NCBI RefSeq assembly: GCF_001194135.2
Contig: NC_069008.1
Span: forward strand, 18,476,701-18,540,700
Direction of reading: 5' to 3'
Source of the DNA: Octopus bimaculoides
Taxonomy: Eukaryota
Length of the DNA: 64,000 nt
Positions 1-12,462 of the stretch are shown here, in pieces (positions within the stretch are counted from its first letter, which is position 1; every line of letters begins with the position of its first letter). The position numbers and the translations under genes were made by a program. The notes under the pieces are model-generated. The model ran no database searches. It saw only the letters and a list, made by a program, of their open reading frames with translations, and was not told where the DNA came from.

Positions 1-684
1 TGGTTTCCTTGAATGTTTCCTAACGCAGGGTGTGTGTTGGGTTCAGCACTTTGAGCCAGAGGCAAAGAGACAATCCATGCCATAGAAACACCTCTCCTCA
101 CCTGCTCCAAAAAAGGTCAAGGTCATTTCAGCTGCAGGGAAGAGGATGGCCTCAGTTTTTGGGGATGCAAAAAGCATTGTGTTTATTGACTATTTTCAAA
201 AGGGCCACATTATTAACGGAGAGTGCTATGCCAACTTGTTAAGGCAGTTACAAAAGGCTATGAAAACCAAACAGCCAGGAAAATTGATAAAAGGGGTCTT
301 GTTTCATCTGGACAATGCCCCAGCACATAAATCCTTGGTTTCGATGGCTGTTTTGTGCATGTCTATGTCTTTGAACTGGTTGTTAATCCTCCCTTTTCTC
401 CTTATTTGGCCCCCATCTGACTATCATTTGTTCGCCAACAGCAAAAACACTTGACTGGGAACCAGTATTGCAGTGATGATGATGATGATGATATTGTATG
501 TGCTGTTGATGGCTTTTTTGACCAGCAAGATGAATGCTTTCTCATCAATCGGATCCAAACAGTGCAACACCGATGGAAGAAGTGTGTGGACATCGAGGGA
601 GACTATGTTGAAAAATAAACCTCATTTGGTCAAATTCCATGAGAATATCTTGGTCAGCCTATGAACTTTTCAGCCAACTCTTGT
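1..684 (+). mobile_element. Decayed mariner (DD34D) transposon, 3' half with terminal inverted repeat
   Basis: Translation gives MASVFGDAKSIVFIDYFQKG...VLFHLDNAPAHKS...PSDYHLF...QHRWKKCVDIEGDYVEK* (stop 616-618), with frameshifts. It ends in a mariner-like terminus GGTCAGCCTATGAACTTTTCAGCCAACTCTTGT (652-684). Confidence 0.9.
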
Positions 685-716
685 CCATTCATGTATATGT
701 GTGTGTGTGTATGTAC

Positions 717-765
<49 letters not shown>

Positions 766-894
766 TACATACATACACAGTTGACTAATAATTTTTCCTT
801 AAATATTTTTTTTTCTTACCTTAAACTTTGTACATTCTTTAACCATCTTAACTAATAATATTTGTCTGAAATAATGTTAGTTGAATATTTATTC

Positions 895-1245
895 ATGGAA
901 GCAACATGGTTGCGCTCCTTTCGAGCATTGGGCCTCACGAAGGCAATGACCAAGACTTTTGGCATTATGCCATGCTTGAGAAGAAGACCCATCAAGCTGA
1001 GCAAAATCGCAGTCGTGGCAGATACTGGTGTCACGCAAATTGGCACATAAACACACCCCAGTGTCATACAAAAGGCACCCATGTCGGTGGCACATAAAAG
1101 CACCCATTACACTCTTGGAGTGGTTGGCATTAGGAAGGGCATCCAGCTGCAGAAAACCATGCCAAATCATGCCAGCCCAATCAAATTATCCAACCCATGC
1201 CAGCATGGACAACAGACTTTAACTGATGAAGATGATGATGATATA
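895..1245 (+). mobile_element. RTE-LINE 3' UTR/tail repeat (dispersed family ending in (GAT)n)
   Basis: Contains AAAGCACCCATTACACTC..GGAAGGGCATCCAGCTG..AACCCATGCCAGCATGG..(GAT)n. The same block recurs at about 5540-5715, 25110-25300, 34560-34980 and 44470-44730 (+), and is attached to an RTE ORF at 46550-47530 (-). Confidence 0.8.
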
Positions 1246-1399
1246 TATATATTCAAGTGTCTTCTACATCTTTGCCCTCTGGAATCTGATTCTGAAGGAA
1301 TAGCAAATGTCTTTTAAATCCAGATATTGTCTTACAGGTTTTGTGATATAGGACACAAGTTGTAAGAGGCAGTTGGGGTTCAAGATTATTAGAGTGTAA

Positions 1400-1760
1400 G
1401 CATCTTAAGAGAAGAGTTGGGCAAAAGTGGAATTGACAAGCATATATCTGTCCGTGTGTCTGACGAGGAAGTAGTCAATCCGGCTGGTATGCACCCCAGA
1501 TTGATAAGTGATCAGATGGTTGGAAGGTTTTCTGAAGTTGGATGAGCCTTGTCCCCACTTCATTTCTGGAACCAAAGCTGTAGCCTTCATGCACACCATG
1601 GAATCCATCAGAGTGTTTTCCAACATGTCCATTGAAGTCCCTTGCCATAATGAGAACCTCGTCGTCTTTCGTCCTCAGAAGGGATTCGCAGAAGTAGTCA
1701 TTCTGAGCATTCGTATGTCCAGCATGTGGAGCATATGCAAAATTTGGATTTGATCAGCAA
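1400..1760 (-). mobile_element. RTE LINE apurinic-endonuclease fragment
   Basis: Minus-strand frames give DEVLIMARDFNGHVGKHSDGFHGVHEGYSFGSRNEVG and ITYQSGVHTSRIDYFLV, matching APE motifs GDFNxHVG and IDYFLV. Frameshifted. Confidence 0.85.
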
Positions 1761-3492
1761 GAGTACCGAGTGGTACTCACTAGAGTACCTGAGTGTATTT
1801 AGGATTAGCGCTACTGGACTCTAGTGATACTCAGCTATAGAACCTAGTGGTACTCCCCCTGTAGTACCTCAGAGTACCAACTACAAAATTTTAAGGTGCC
1901 ACACACGGCAACTTAGGCTGTCCTCCACAGAATAAACAAAGGGGCCTCTATGCAACCGTTTGCCTTGCAAAAAATAGCAGCCAAACCTCCAAATCACATC
2001 CAAACCATTTTAAATAAAAGGGCAAACAGGAAAATGTGGTGGTGGTTCCTCGCAAATTAGGGAGGAAAAATTAGGGTGACCATGGCTTGAACATGTTTGG
2101 ATAAAGACTGACCTGGGGCTAAACAATTAGGAAGGACACATTAGATAATGTAGTCCAAGATACACTATGCCTGAATAAAAGATGGGAACGTAATGGTTGG
2201 AACATCTTTGATCATAAGTCTGTTTGGAGCAGGTCAGACCTGGGGCTAAACAGCAACTACATTATCACACACATCTGCCACCTCCAGACACTCACATAGT
2301 CCAGACTTTATTGACCCCAACACCAGATCTTGGGGTCAATAAAGTAATCCCCAGAATCAAGTGGTGTTCGCAATCACTCTTGGAAATATTGGGGTCAAGT
2401 CTTTGGTCAGAGGATCACTTCTGACCTCCCTCCCTCCCCACCGCTACCCAACATCCGTCTCGATTAAACCGAAAAAATTAAAAGACCCCTACACGTTGCC
2501 CTTCTCGCTTTGACTAAACAATAAATGAATAAATAAATAAATAATAGGGGACGGCGAGGAAAATGAACTTTTTAAGGTACTGAAAAAAGCGAAAATTTGC
2601 GAACAACCCCGACTAAAACAAGAGAAGCAAAAAAAATTGAAAGAAACAAGAATTTGTTGTTGTTTAGTGGAAGATTAGTCTTGATTGCTAATTTTCCGAC
2701 CGTGGCCATCCTGTTATACTGTCGCTTATATTTACAGTCGTTCAACTGACAATAGGGCGTGGTTTGAGTACGATTTGGCTGTGATTTCTAGCGAGCTGCA
2801 AGACTAGGTTGATATTCCCAAGCTACATCGTGGGGCTAGCGACAAGTTCAGAGACAGGATTTCTAAAGAAACAGGAACCAAAATCCAGGGGTCGAAGTGG
2901 AGAAAAAAAAAACACCGCTTGATGGGTGTGTAATCAGTACGCGCGCGCGCGCGACATGTGTGTAGACAGGCATTGACCAAAGATGGAATTATCGACACTT
3001 GCGTACACACAGTCAGGTGTATAGTATAAACAGCTATATATTAACACATAAATACATATATACACACCCACACAGCTCGGTATATAATTTATACAACTAT
3101 ATATAAAAAAGACATAATATATATATATATATATATAATACACACACACACACATACAGCTAGCTACGTTTAGTTAAATAGAAGCACATACACACAAAGA
3201 AGTACATATGCATACACACGCGCGTAAATAGCTAGGTATATAGTCTACACAGTTATTAATATATACATAAGCATACACACACACACAGGCAGCTATGTAG
3301 TTATATAAGCACACACACATGTGTGTGTGTGTGTGTATACGTACAGCTGTTTGCCAACATATTTATACTTAAAAACACAAGCGTGCATAATTAAATGTGT
3401 ACACAATTATTTGACACACCACATGCACCTAGTTATATATCTACTAAGACAGCATAATTACGCACCTACAATTTTTACACATACACACGTGC

Positions 3493-3540
<48 letters not shown>

Positions 3541-3797
3541 GCGCATACGTTAGAAATGTACATTTCTCCTTTTCCAAAAGTGATTGAAGAAGCCATGCTG
3601 CTGTTTAATGTAAATAATGAGGGTTAGGGGAGATGGAGAGAGGGGGAATCGGGATGTGTGTGTGTGTGTGTGTGTGTTTATGAGAGAGGCAGGTTGATTA
3701 GGGAGAGCATTCGAGAGGTTTATTGGTAAGAGAGGGAGAGAGAGACTTGCAGAAAGGGGAGATGAAGAGAAATAATAATAAAAGGGGGATTACTGAC

Positions 3798-4136
3798 CTC
3801 AGGTCCGGTGAGGATATCATCCGAGTGTTCTGAGGGAGGTTTAAAGAAATCGAGGCCCGAGAGTCTGTTGTGGGGCAAAAGCTGGTCCCCGCCGCCGCCG
3901 CCACCTCCACCACCGCCGCCGCCGCCGACCAGAGACGACTCAGGAGGCGTACGAAGTGATGACAGTTGTAACTGTGCGTCCAAATGGTCGAAATTGGTGG
4001 TGGAGTGGTCATCGGTGAGGTAGGCAACCGCATCATTCAGATCGTTTTTACTGAAACGAAGAGCGTGACGGATGTCAGTTTCGCTGGGGAACCCCATGTT
4101 CAGCAAAGTGTCCACATGAGCCTCGTTCACCTCCAT
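3798..4136 (-). CDS. USP24: Ubiquitin carboxyl-terminal hydrolase 24, first coding exon (UBA domain plus poly-Gly); rest of gene lies left of the window
   Basis: MEVNEAHVDTLLNMGFPSETDIRHALRFSKNDLNDAVAYLT matches the USP24 N-terminal UBA (human MESEEEQHMTTLLCMGFSDPATIRKALRLAKNDINEAVALLT, from memory), followed by a Gly run as in USP24. Donor GAG|GTCAGT at 3798/3797 gives 113 codons, phase 0. Confidence 0.85.
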
Positions 4137-4139
4137 TGT

Positions 4140-4460
4140 TCGTGTTTAATGTCTCACCGACAGCAATGGACGATTAACTGAGTTTAATGTCGTCGTTGTT
4201 TTGTGGTTTTAAAATGAAGTAAAAGAGAGAAAGCCATAAAAATTCCATCGTAAATCTTTTTCTTCTTCGCAGACAAGGTTGCCGCCATTCCAGGCGCAAC
4301 GTTAAAGAGTGACACAACCAAGGGACAGAACTCAGACGAGTTTTGTTTGTTTTTGGTTTTTAGAGAGTGCTACTTTCCAAGCGGCACAACTCTGTTATTC
4401 AACTACTTTTGTGACCCAATTTTGAGATCATCTTTTCGGTCACCGAGATTAACTGTCATT
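4140..4460 (-). promoter_or_regulatory. Probable USP24 5'UTR/core promoter (CpG-containing, YY1-like GCCGCCATT at 4281-4289)
   Basis: Local CpG enrichment immediately upstream of the ATG and a YY1-type ATGGCGGC motif. The TSS cannot be determined from sequence. Confidence 0.45.
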
Positions 4461-5149
4461 TTGCGCTAGGTTTTCGTTAGGAAAGATAGTATCATTTTAT
4501 TAACATATTAGATCTGTCAGGTGGAAAAGAACAGTTCTTTTTTCATAAATAAACCATGGGAAGATTATGGAAATTAGTAAATAAACACGAGATATTCACA
4601 ATCCTCCCATTATCGATCATACTAGAGGTCACTGGTGATATCCTCCAAACATTTTGGGGACAACCCAAGACATGGCCTGACCAACGGTAATGTTGAGGGC
4701 TGAGATGCTGGAGCAATCAAACACCTTCACTAACATCTACTTTGATGAGGTTGGACACGAAAATGACTAACATTTCTTGTCATTTCAAAATGAAACAAAA
4801 CGAATAAACGTAATTTAAAGAGAAAAAGAACTATGAATATTCGTTAGGGAGATATTGTTTTACATCACCTTAATTTATTTTGTCCAAGTTATATATTGTC
4901 AGGATTTTATTGACATATTTTTAAGGGAGGAAAGAAAGAAAAAATGCTAAAAGTATGAAAATCGAATTATTGAGTAAAAAAAGAGCCATAACTACCTCAG
5001 CAAGGAAACAAAATAAACGTAAAAAATATGAAGGGATTAAGCAATAAATATGATTGCAAAGGTGTTGCTGTAGAGAATGGCCAGCAACACTAACTGCAGC
5101 AGTCGTCGCTCCTCATTTTTCATACAGGCTGCAGTTTGTTCTGATTTTA

Positions 5150-5715
5150 TGGAGGAAATCAGCCGTGTGGGATCTGAGTAAGGTGAAGGTTGGCAATGAG
5201 TATAGGGAAGAATTCCGAGTAGAAGTAGAGGTTCACCAAGGATCAGTCCTCATCCCCCTCTTATTCATTATAATTATAGTCCTCCAGGCAATAACAGAGG
5301 AATTCAAGACAGGCTTACCCTGGGAGCTCCTCTATACTGATGACCTTGTTCTAATAGCCGAGTCACTGCCAGAACTGGAGATTAAGTTTAGGGTGTGGAA
5401 GCAAGGTCTAGAATCGAAGGGCCTTAGGGTTAACCTAGCCAAAATCGAAGTCTTAGTAAGTAGGAAGGCTGTCAAATCACAAACCTCTTCAGGTAGATGG
5501 CCCTGCTCGATCTGTAGAAAAGGTGTGGGTAGAAACTCCATAGAAAGCACCCACTACACTCTCAGAGTGGTTGGCATTAGGAAGGGCATCCAGCTGTAGA
5601 AACTTTGCCAGACCAGATTGGAGCTTGGCTCAGCTGCTGGCTCTCCAGACCTCAGTCAAACTGTCCAACCCATGCCAGCATGAAAAATGGACATTGAACG
5701 ATGATGATGATGAAT
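5150..5715 (+). mobile_element. Internally deleted RTE LINE: RT fragment fused to 3' tail
   Basis: VHQGSVLIPLLF..WELLYTDDLVLIAES..GLRVNLAK..WPCSICRKGVGRNSI (degenerate YADD box) joins directly to the AAAGCACCC..(GAT)n tail. Confidence 0.9.
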
Positions 5716-7012
5716 AGAAATGAGTAACAAAAAGATGTACAGGTGTCAATTCATTATGGCCGTTTCAAGCGGCTCCTTTCATTGATTAATGAAAACATTA
5801 CATCATTGACATAATTGAGTGCTAGCTTCATTTCTGCTGCACATCCTGCAGAGCATACTGCCTACATTTCTTTCCAGTCGATGCATCTCCTCTGCATTCA
5901 GAGCTCATGTTTGACTAAAATGAAGTATAGCTGTTCGTACACAAGCATCATACAATCTATCTTTCACCCTAAGAGAGAGTCCTTTTGTTGCCAACAGAGG
6001 GAGTAGCTCTCTGAACTTTCTCTGTACTATTCATATTCTAGAAACAATACTTTCAGAGCATCCACCCCCATTGCTAATTTGGTCACCCAGGTAACAGAAG
6101 CTATCTACTACCTTGAGAGAGCCTACTGGACATTTGAGAGAGTCAAATTCCCATGTGCTCTTAGTGTTTATTGTTCCTGCACATCTCGCACACACACAAA
6201 GGTGACCTTACCTGTTAATCTACCTGCAATTCCACTGCATCCCTTACGTGTCCATAGCATGCATTTGGTGCAGCAAATATATTTTATATGGCACAAACCC
6301 ATCCCCCTTGATACTACTCCCTCCAGTCAAGGGGACTTTGTAAGTTACTTGGCGACCCCATTGGTGCAGGGTGCCATGAAAAAAGCCCCCAGTACAGCCT
6401 TTGAATTGATTGGTAATAAGGAAGGTGATTCAACCATAAAAACCATGCTGAAACTTGCCAACAGACTTTGGCATAGTCCCTCCGACTTGCCAGCTCTTGT
6501 CGAACCATCCAACCCGTGCCAGCATGGAAAGCAGACTTCAAATAAAGATGACGATGATGATTCTGATATGCAAATATATATATACAGATGTACAACTATA
6601 TACATGTACTGATATGTACTGTGTGTGTGTGCATGTTGCATGTACATATTTATATATCTGTGACATTTATGTGTTTATATATGTACATTTGTATGTATAT
6701 ACATATTTTTCTGAATATGTATGTGGGAGAGAGAAGGAGATGGGGAGAAAAAGGGAGGGTGGAGAGAGTGAGAATGCTCCCCAGTACATAACTGGTATAT
6801 AACTTATGAACCCTGGAAAAATAATGTCTGAGTCAACATTTGTAGGAATTGAACTCAAAGTGTGGAGAGTCAGAACAAATACTGCAAGACTTTTTTTTTT
6901 TTTATTGTAGCTCTCACAAAATCATTAATTAGTCAAATAATTTTGATGTCAGCTGTAGAATAATTAAGCAAGTTTGAGTAACATATTGGTAAGTCGCAAC
7001 AAAACGAGATGA

Positions 7013-7043
<31 letters not shown>

Positions 7044-7192
7044 CAGGGAACAGCAGCAGCAGCAAACTAGCATCTCTTCAGGTGTTGTTTGTACCAGGTA
7101 TACACACATTTATATACACAGGTGTATATATATATAATATTTACTGTCAGAAGCTACAAGTCAAGAGTTTTTGAAGATCCCAAGGAGTCAAA

Positions 7193-7198
7193 ATGCAG
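7193..7198 (+). CDS. Putative annexin start micro-CDS (Met-Gln) in exon 7151-7198
   Basis: Acceptor ttactgtcag at 7150, CAAAATGCAG|GTTGGT donor at 7199 with good Kozak context (A at -3). Phase 0 matches the annexin exon starting at 13846 (MQ|GTVTAAKNFD). No better candidate was seen between 4.3 and 13.8 kb. Confidence 0.5.
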
Positions 7199-9404
7199 GT
7201 TGGTCCTTAATTTTCTGTCTATTTATGTTTAACATATGGTGTTAACAACACAATACCACAAGGATATTTCTTAATAGAAATAGCAGCCAAATCTCCCTCA
7301 AATCACATCCTACTGTCTTATGTATATATGTATGCATGAGCCAATGAGGAAGACTTCTACATAGAAGCTAAACCTGATAGAAATAGCAGCCAAATCTCCT
7401 TCAAATCACACCTAACTTTTCTATTCTTAGTTCCTTTTTTTAAAAAAACAGGTAGGTTCAATATTGTGTCCAAGGTACACTATGTCTGAAAGCAAAAGGA
7501 GGAATGGTCACCACTGGATTACTTCTGATCATAGGGTTTTCTTTTTGTCTTGTCTTTCATCATTATTGCTGCCAACTCCCCATCATCATTATCATCACCA
7601 CTGTTGCTTCCCCCACCACCATCTCCACCACTGTACTCTACTGTACATCAGCCTGTCCTTCAAAATGTACTCCAGAACTCTATATTTTCTAGAAGAAGAG
7701 TTGGACAGCTCCTTGTATGAGAAGGGGTGTTGTTAGTGGAGCACACATCCCCCACTTCAATCATGACTCTTTTCACAGTGGAAATACCTAAGTTAAAAAG
7801 AGAGAGTGGAGGGAGACAGAGAATAATCAACCCTAGTATATAACTGGTATTTTATTTATTGCCCCAAAAGGCGAAGTTGGCTTTGATGGGATTTGAACTT
7901 GGAGAACAGACAACTAGAACAAGCAGCACAGAACAATGTATTTGAATACGACAGTAGCGATTCAACACCTTCACAGGTGGGATAAATCAGCCTTTATCTT
8001 ATCAGGAAAGGGCTTGTGGGGATAGAAAAAGGGGACAGACAAGCAACTATTTCCAAAACCAAGTATTTTGAATTGAAATTATTTCTCGCTTTCAAACGGT
8101 CGACCATTTCGTATGAAATACATTCAGTTGGAATATGCAAAAAGTCATTAAAAGGCGTAGAAACTTATTTATTAATTTCATTATCATTTCCAGTAAAACA
8201 GATGTTCGTAGTCAGTATCTAAAACAGTTAATGAAAGTATGGTTCACATCATCCAACTGTACTTGCTCAACTGTGTAGAGTACAACCACACTATACAACT
8301 ACACTCTGCACTCACCCTAGTTAATAAAAAGGGCAATAGAGCCCAGAATTTTACTACTAATTTTATTTTGCTATGTGGACTGCGGTGAGATCTTGTTATT
8401 TTAAGAACCACTGTGAATTCTATAAAATTGCTTTTTGATAAATAAATGAAATTTCTATATTTTAGTTCATATACTTTCTAAAATTATCAAAATGGCTGAA
8501 GGTGTCTCAGCCTAACACAGCTAGAGCTTTATCAGACATTCACTGGCTATCTGTTTAAATTTATGTATGGCTATGATACATCCACATTTACAGTTTGCAT
8601 CTCCATCTTGCCCACAATATTCGATATGCTGGAACCTGTCAAGAGATGTAGAACCAGGCGAATACCCTCTGTCAGTCACCATGTCTTGAATATATTGTTT
8701 CTCTGGGTATCAACACACTAAAATTTGAACATCCAGCAGTGGACTTTGTAGGATCTCACAAAATTATCCATCTCCTTTCCCACACAACTTTGGTTACCTT
8801 TATGAATTCAAAACTGTGGACATGTTTATAAAATCAAACAAACAGTGCAGCACCCGTCACTTTAGGAAACATTTCTGCCAAAACAGGAAATAAACTCCCT
8901 GCATCCTTCAAAAATTCCATACTTCCTGAAATTTACCAACACTACTCCTCACTTGCCTTTATACATCCTTGCCACTTTATGACATTTTTAAAGTTCCCTT
9001 TTCTGTCTTTTTTGTACATATTCTATGTACTCTACATGTACTTCTATCTTTCATAACTATCTTCCTTTACTTGACTTGTGGGTCTGCTTTTTTATCTTTT
9101 CCAATGAGTTGTAGTGCACTGGAGCACTGGATATAATAAGTTCATTATTATCATTTTAGATTTCTCTATCAAACACTTGAAATTGTTTTCTGAATTATAT
9201 TACCTGAAACATACACACTGCAACTATATATATNNNNNNNNNNNNNNNNNNNNNNNNNNNNNNNNNNNNNNNNNNNNNNNNNNNNNNNNNNNNNNNNNNN
9301 NNNNNNNNNNNNNNNNNNNNNNNNNNNNNNNNNNNNNNNNNNNNNNNNNNNNNNNNNNNNNNNNNNNNNNNNNAGTTGGGCTGGACGGTTTGACGGCGGA
9401 TTTC

Positions 9405-9986
9405 CAAGATATAACCCTCCAGATCATCACAAATCCTCTTCCATGTTTAACAGTTGGAAGAAGGCAGTCTGGGTCAAATGTTTCTTTTGGCTGTCTCTAC
9501 ACATATACTTGGCCATTGGTCAGAAATAAGGTAAAGGATGACTCGTCTGAAAGAATAGCATTCTTCCACTGCTCTAGGGACCAATTCTGTAGGTATTTAC
9601 TCCACTCTAAACACTTTGCAACGTTTGTTTTTGAAAATAGTGGTTTCTGATTGCAGCCCTCCTGTGAAATCCGGCTTTGTGCAGTTCCGGTGAACAGTTC
9701 TTGAGGTGGTCATTAAGCTCTGCAGTAATCTCGGGAGCTTTACTTTTGTGATCCTTTCCAACAATTTGTGTAAGAGTCTGACATCTCGATCTGAAAGTTT
9801 TGGATTCCTTCCGGAGTTTTGTTTTGACCATATCTGAAAAGAAACAGCAATTTTAGCAAAACATATTAAGCAACACTAATAATAAATCAAAAACATGAAA
9901 ATAAACAAGCTTTTAATGGGTTTATAGATATTTCAAAATTATGATGCTATGATGCTAGGTGTTTCCATTATTTTGTCCAACTCCTG
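9405..9986 (-). mobile_element. Tc1-like transposon, 5' part with TIR, decayed
   Basis: TA|CAGGAGTTGGACAAAATAATGGAAACACC terminus at 9986. Translation includes KAPEITAELNDHL and WSLEQWKNAILSDESSFTLF..V*RQPKETFDPDCLLPTVKHGRGFVMIW (first catalytic D in SDES), with an in-frame stop. Confidence 0.9.
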
Positions 9987-10009
9987 TATATATATATATG
10001 TGCATATGT

Positions 10010-10028
10010 ATGTGTGTGTGTGTGTGTG

Positions 10029-10109
<81 letters not shown>

Positions 10110-10154
10110 AGAAGGGTGAGAGAAAGAAATAGACATGCATATAGATAGACAGAC

Positions 10155-10193
<39 letters not shown>

Positions 10194-10194
10194 C

Positions 10195-10237
<43 letters not shown>

Positions 10238-10242
10238 CAGAC

Positions 10243-10297
<55 letters not shown>

Positions 10298-10305
10298 CAG
10301 ACAGA
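10010..10305. repeat. Compound microsatellite (TG/CA)n-(TA)n-(GATA)n
   Basis: Directly visible. It explains spurious ORFs 9939-10354. Confidence 0.95.
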
Positions 10306-10879
10306 GAAGCAGGGAGGAAAAGGTAGAGACACACACAGACAGGCAGAAAGACAAACAGATTTCGTTTATTTTCTACTCAAAAGACTTTAAAGTGTTCAAC
10401 AGAACCATATGTTGAAAGAATGCAGAAATAAATATATGTTAATTTAAGCTGGCAATGTATAAAGTGTTATATATGTTAATTTATGTGAGACAATGAGGCT
10501 TTATATTCCTGAAGCACGGATGTCACAGATGTCAGTGTTTCCCCCCCCCCNNNNNNNNNNNNNNNNNNNNNNNNNNNNNNNNNNNNNNNNNNNNNNNNNN
10601 NNNNNNNNNNNNNNNNNNNNNNNNNNNNNNNNNNNNNNNNNNNNNNNNNNNNNNNNNNNNNNNNNNNNNNNNNNNNNNNNNNNNNNNNNNNNNNNNNNNN
10701 NNNNNNNNNNNNNNNNNNNNNNNNNNNNNNNNNNNNNNNNNNNNNNNNNNNNNNNNNNNTTTGCATAAATTAACATCTCTTTCCCCCCTCTCTCTCCCCT
10801 CCCCCCCCGCTCTCTCCTCTTTCTCTCCCCTCTCCCCCCACTCTCTCTCTTTCTCTCCACATAAACACACATATATATG

Positions 10880-11040
10880 AGTGTAGGCATAGTGGTGTTG
10901 TAAGAAGTTTGCTTCCCAAACCACATGGTTCTAGGTTCAGTCCCACTGTGCAACATTTTGGGCGTCTTCAACTATAACTTCAAGCCAACCAAATCCTTGA
11001 GAGTGGATTTGGTTGATGGAAACTGTAAGAAGCTCATCGC
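10880..11040 (+). mobile_element. tRNA-derived SINE (GTGTGGTAAGAAGCTTGCTTCCCAACCACATGGTTC..TTCAGTCCCACTG..CCAAAGCCTTGTGAGTGG family)
   Basis: Pol III A/B-box-like head and conserved body. Further copies at about 14500-14650 (-), 14990-15140 (+), 52340-52500 (-) and 59430-59585 (+). Confidence 0.75.
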
Positions 11041-12430
11041 ATAATTATATTTATCTATGTGTGCCAGTTCTTGTGTCTGTTTGTTCCCTCATCACAGCTT
11101 GACAGCTGGTATTTGGTGTTTACATCTCCATAATCGAGCAACTCGGCAAAAGAGACTGATTGAAGTACCAGGTTTAAAAAATTAACAGTACTTAGGTTCA
11201 TTCATTTTATTAAAATTCTTCAAGAGAGTGCTGCAGCATGGCTGCAGTCAAATGACTGAAACAAGTAAAAGAATGAAGGATGGATGTTAGATGAAGTGGG
11301 TCCCAAAGAGTGGGAGAAGTAGCTAGTGATGAAATATGTAGCTCTCATTTCATTCAATTCCAGCAGCAGAAAAGTGCAGTTAGGAGAATGATGGAGGGAC
11401 CAGTGATAGGGAAATAAGGAACTGGTGGGGAAGAGATGACAAAAGTAAGGGGCCAAATATACAATAGGCCCCTCTACAATCACCCATGGGATTAGTTAAT
11501 CTATTTGTTCATGACAACTGGTTGTGGGATGAAATCCAGAAATATGTCAGAGCAAAACAAAACCCCTAACCCCATGATTAGGTACACATCTCTAAAGATA
11601 TGGTGCAACTGCAAATAAGTATCTAAAATAATTAATTAGAGGAAACGAGTTTTCACAAAAGTTCAGATGATTAACAAATGAAGTGAAATTCACAAATTCA
11701 CAAAAGCCCCAAAAGGGCCAAAGGGTTTAGTAGAGTGTGGCAGACTGTGAAAAGTAGTAAATAGGTCAATGGCAATGACTTGCTAATAGACGTGCGTGTG
11801 TGTGTGTGTGTGTGTACGTATATGAATGCATACACACACATATACACTCACACATATGACAACAATAATTTAGATGAACAGCTGTCTGCATAATTAATGT
11901 TGCATAGTGGAGGATGAGATAGAGGGGTGGGGTGGAGTGTTGGATGAGATCAATATGGGAGTTGGGGAAATGGTTGAATATACTAAATATACATATGAGT
12001 GATGAAAGAAGACCCCAAAGTCCTTATGTACAACCAGGTTGATGGTAGCCACAGGAATATTGGTCAACCATGGCTCATAAGGATAAGCTGAAGAGTAACC
12101 TCTCAGCGGTCAAAATAGCTCACAACACCTTCGAAACAAACAGCTTTGGGGGTGAACAACATGGAGATCATTGTATGAAAATGGCGTAAGAGACTTTGTT
12201 TCAACCAGCTCTTGAGAGTGCAAGGCAAAGGAGAAAAGTGGCTGAAAATATATATATGCACTGATCCATAATTCTAATACTTGCAACATTTGAGGGTTTT
12301 TTTGCAAATCATTGGAAGGGACTCAAATGTCACATTCAACATAAAAGCATTGAGACTGACAAAGAAAGAGTCGGTTGCCAGATGCTTATACATCAAAAAA
12401 CAGCAGGAGATTCCATCTTATATATACATA

Positions 12431-12462
<32 letters not shown>

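Noticed and set aside
3720-3797. C-terminal part of ORF 3720-4136 (VSNPPFIII...)
   Set aside because: Intron read-through past the GAG|GTCAGT donor.
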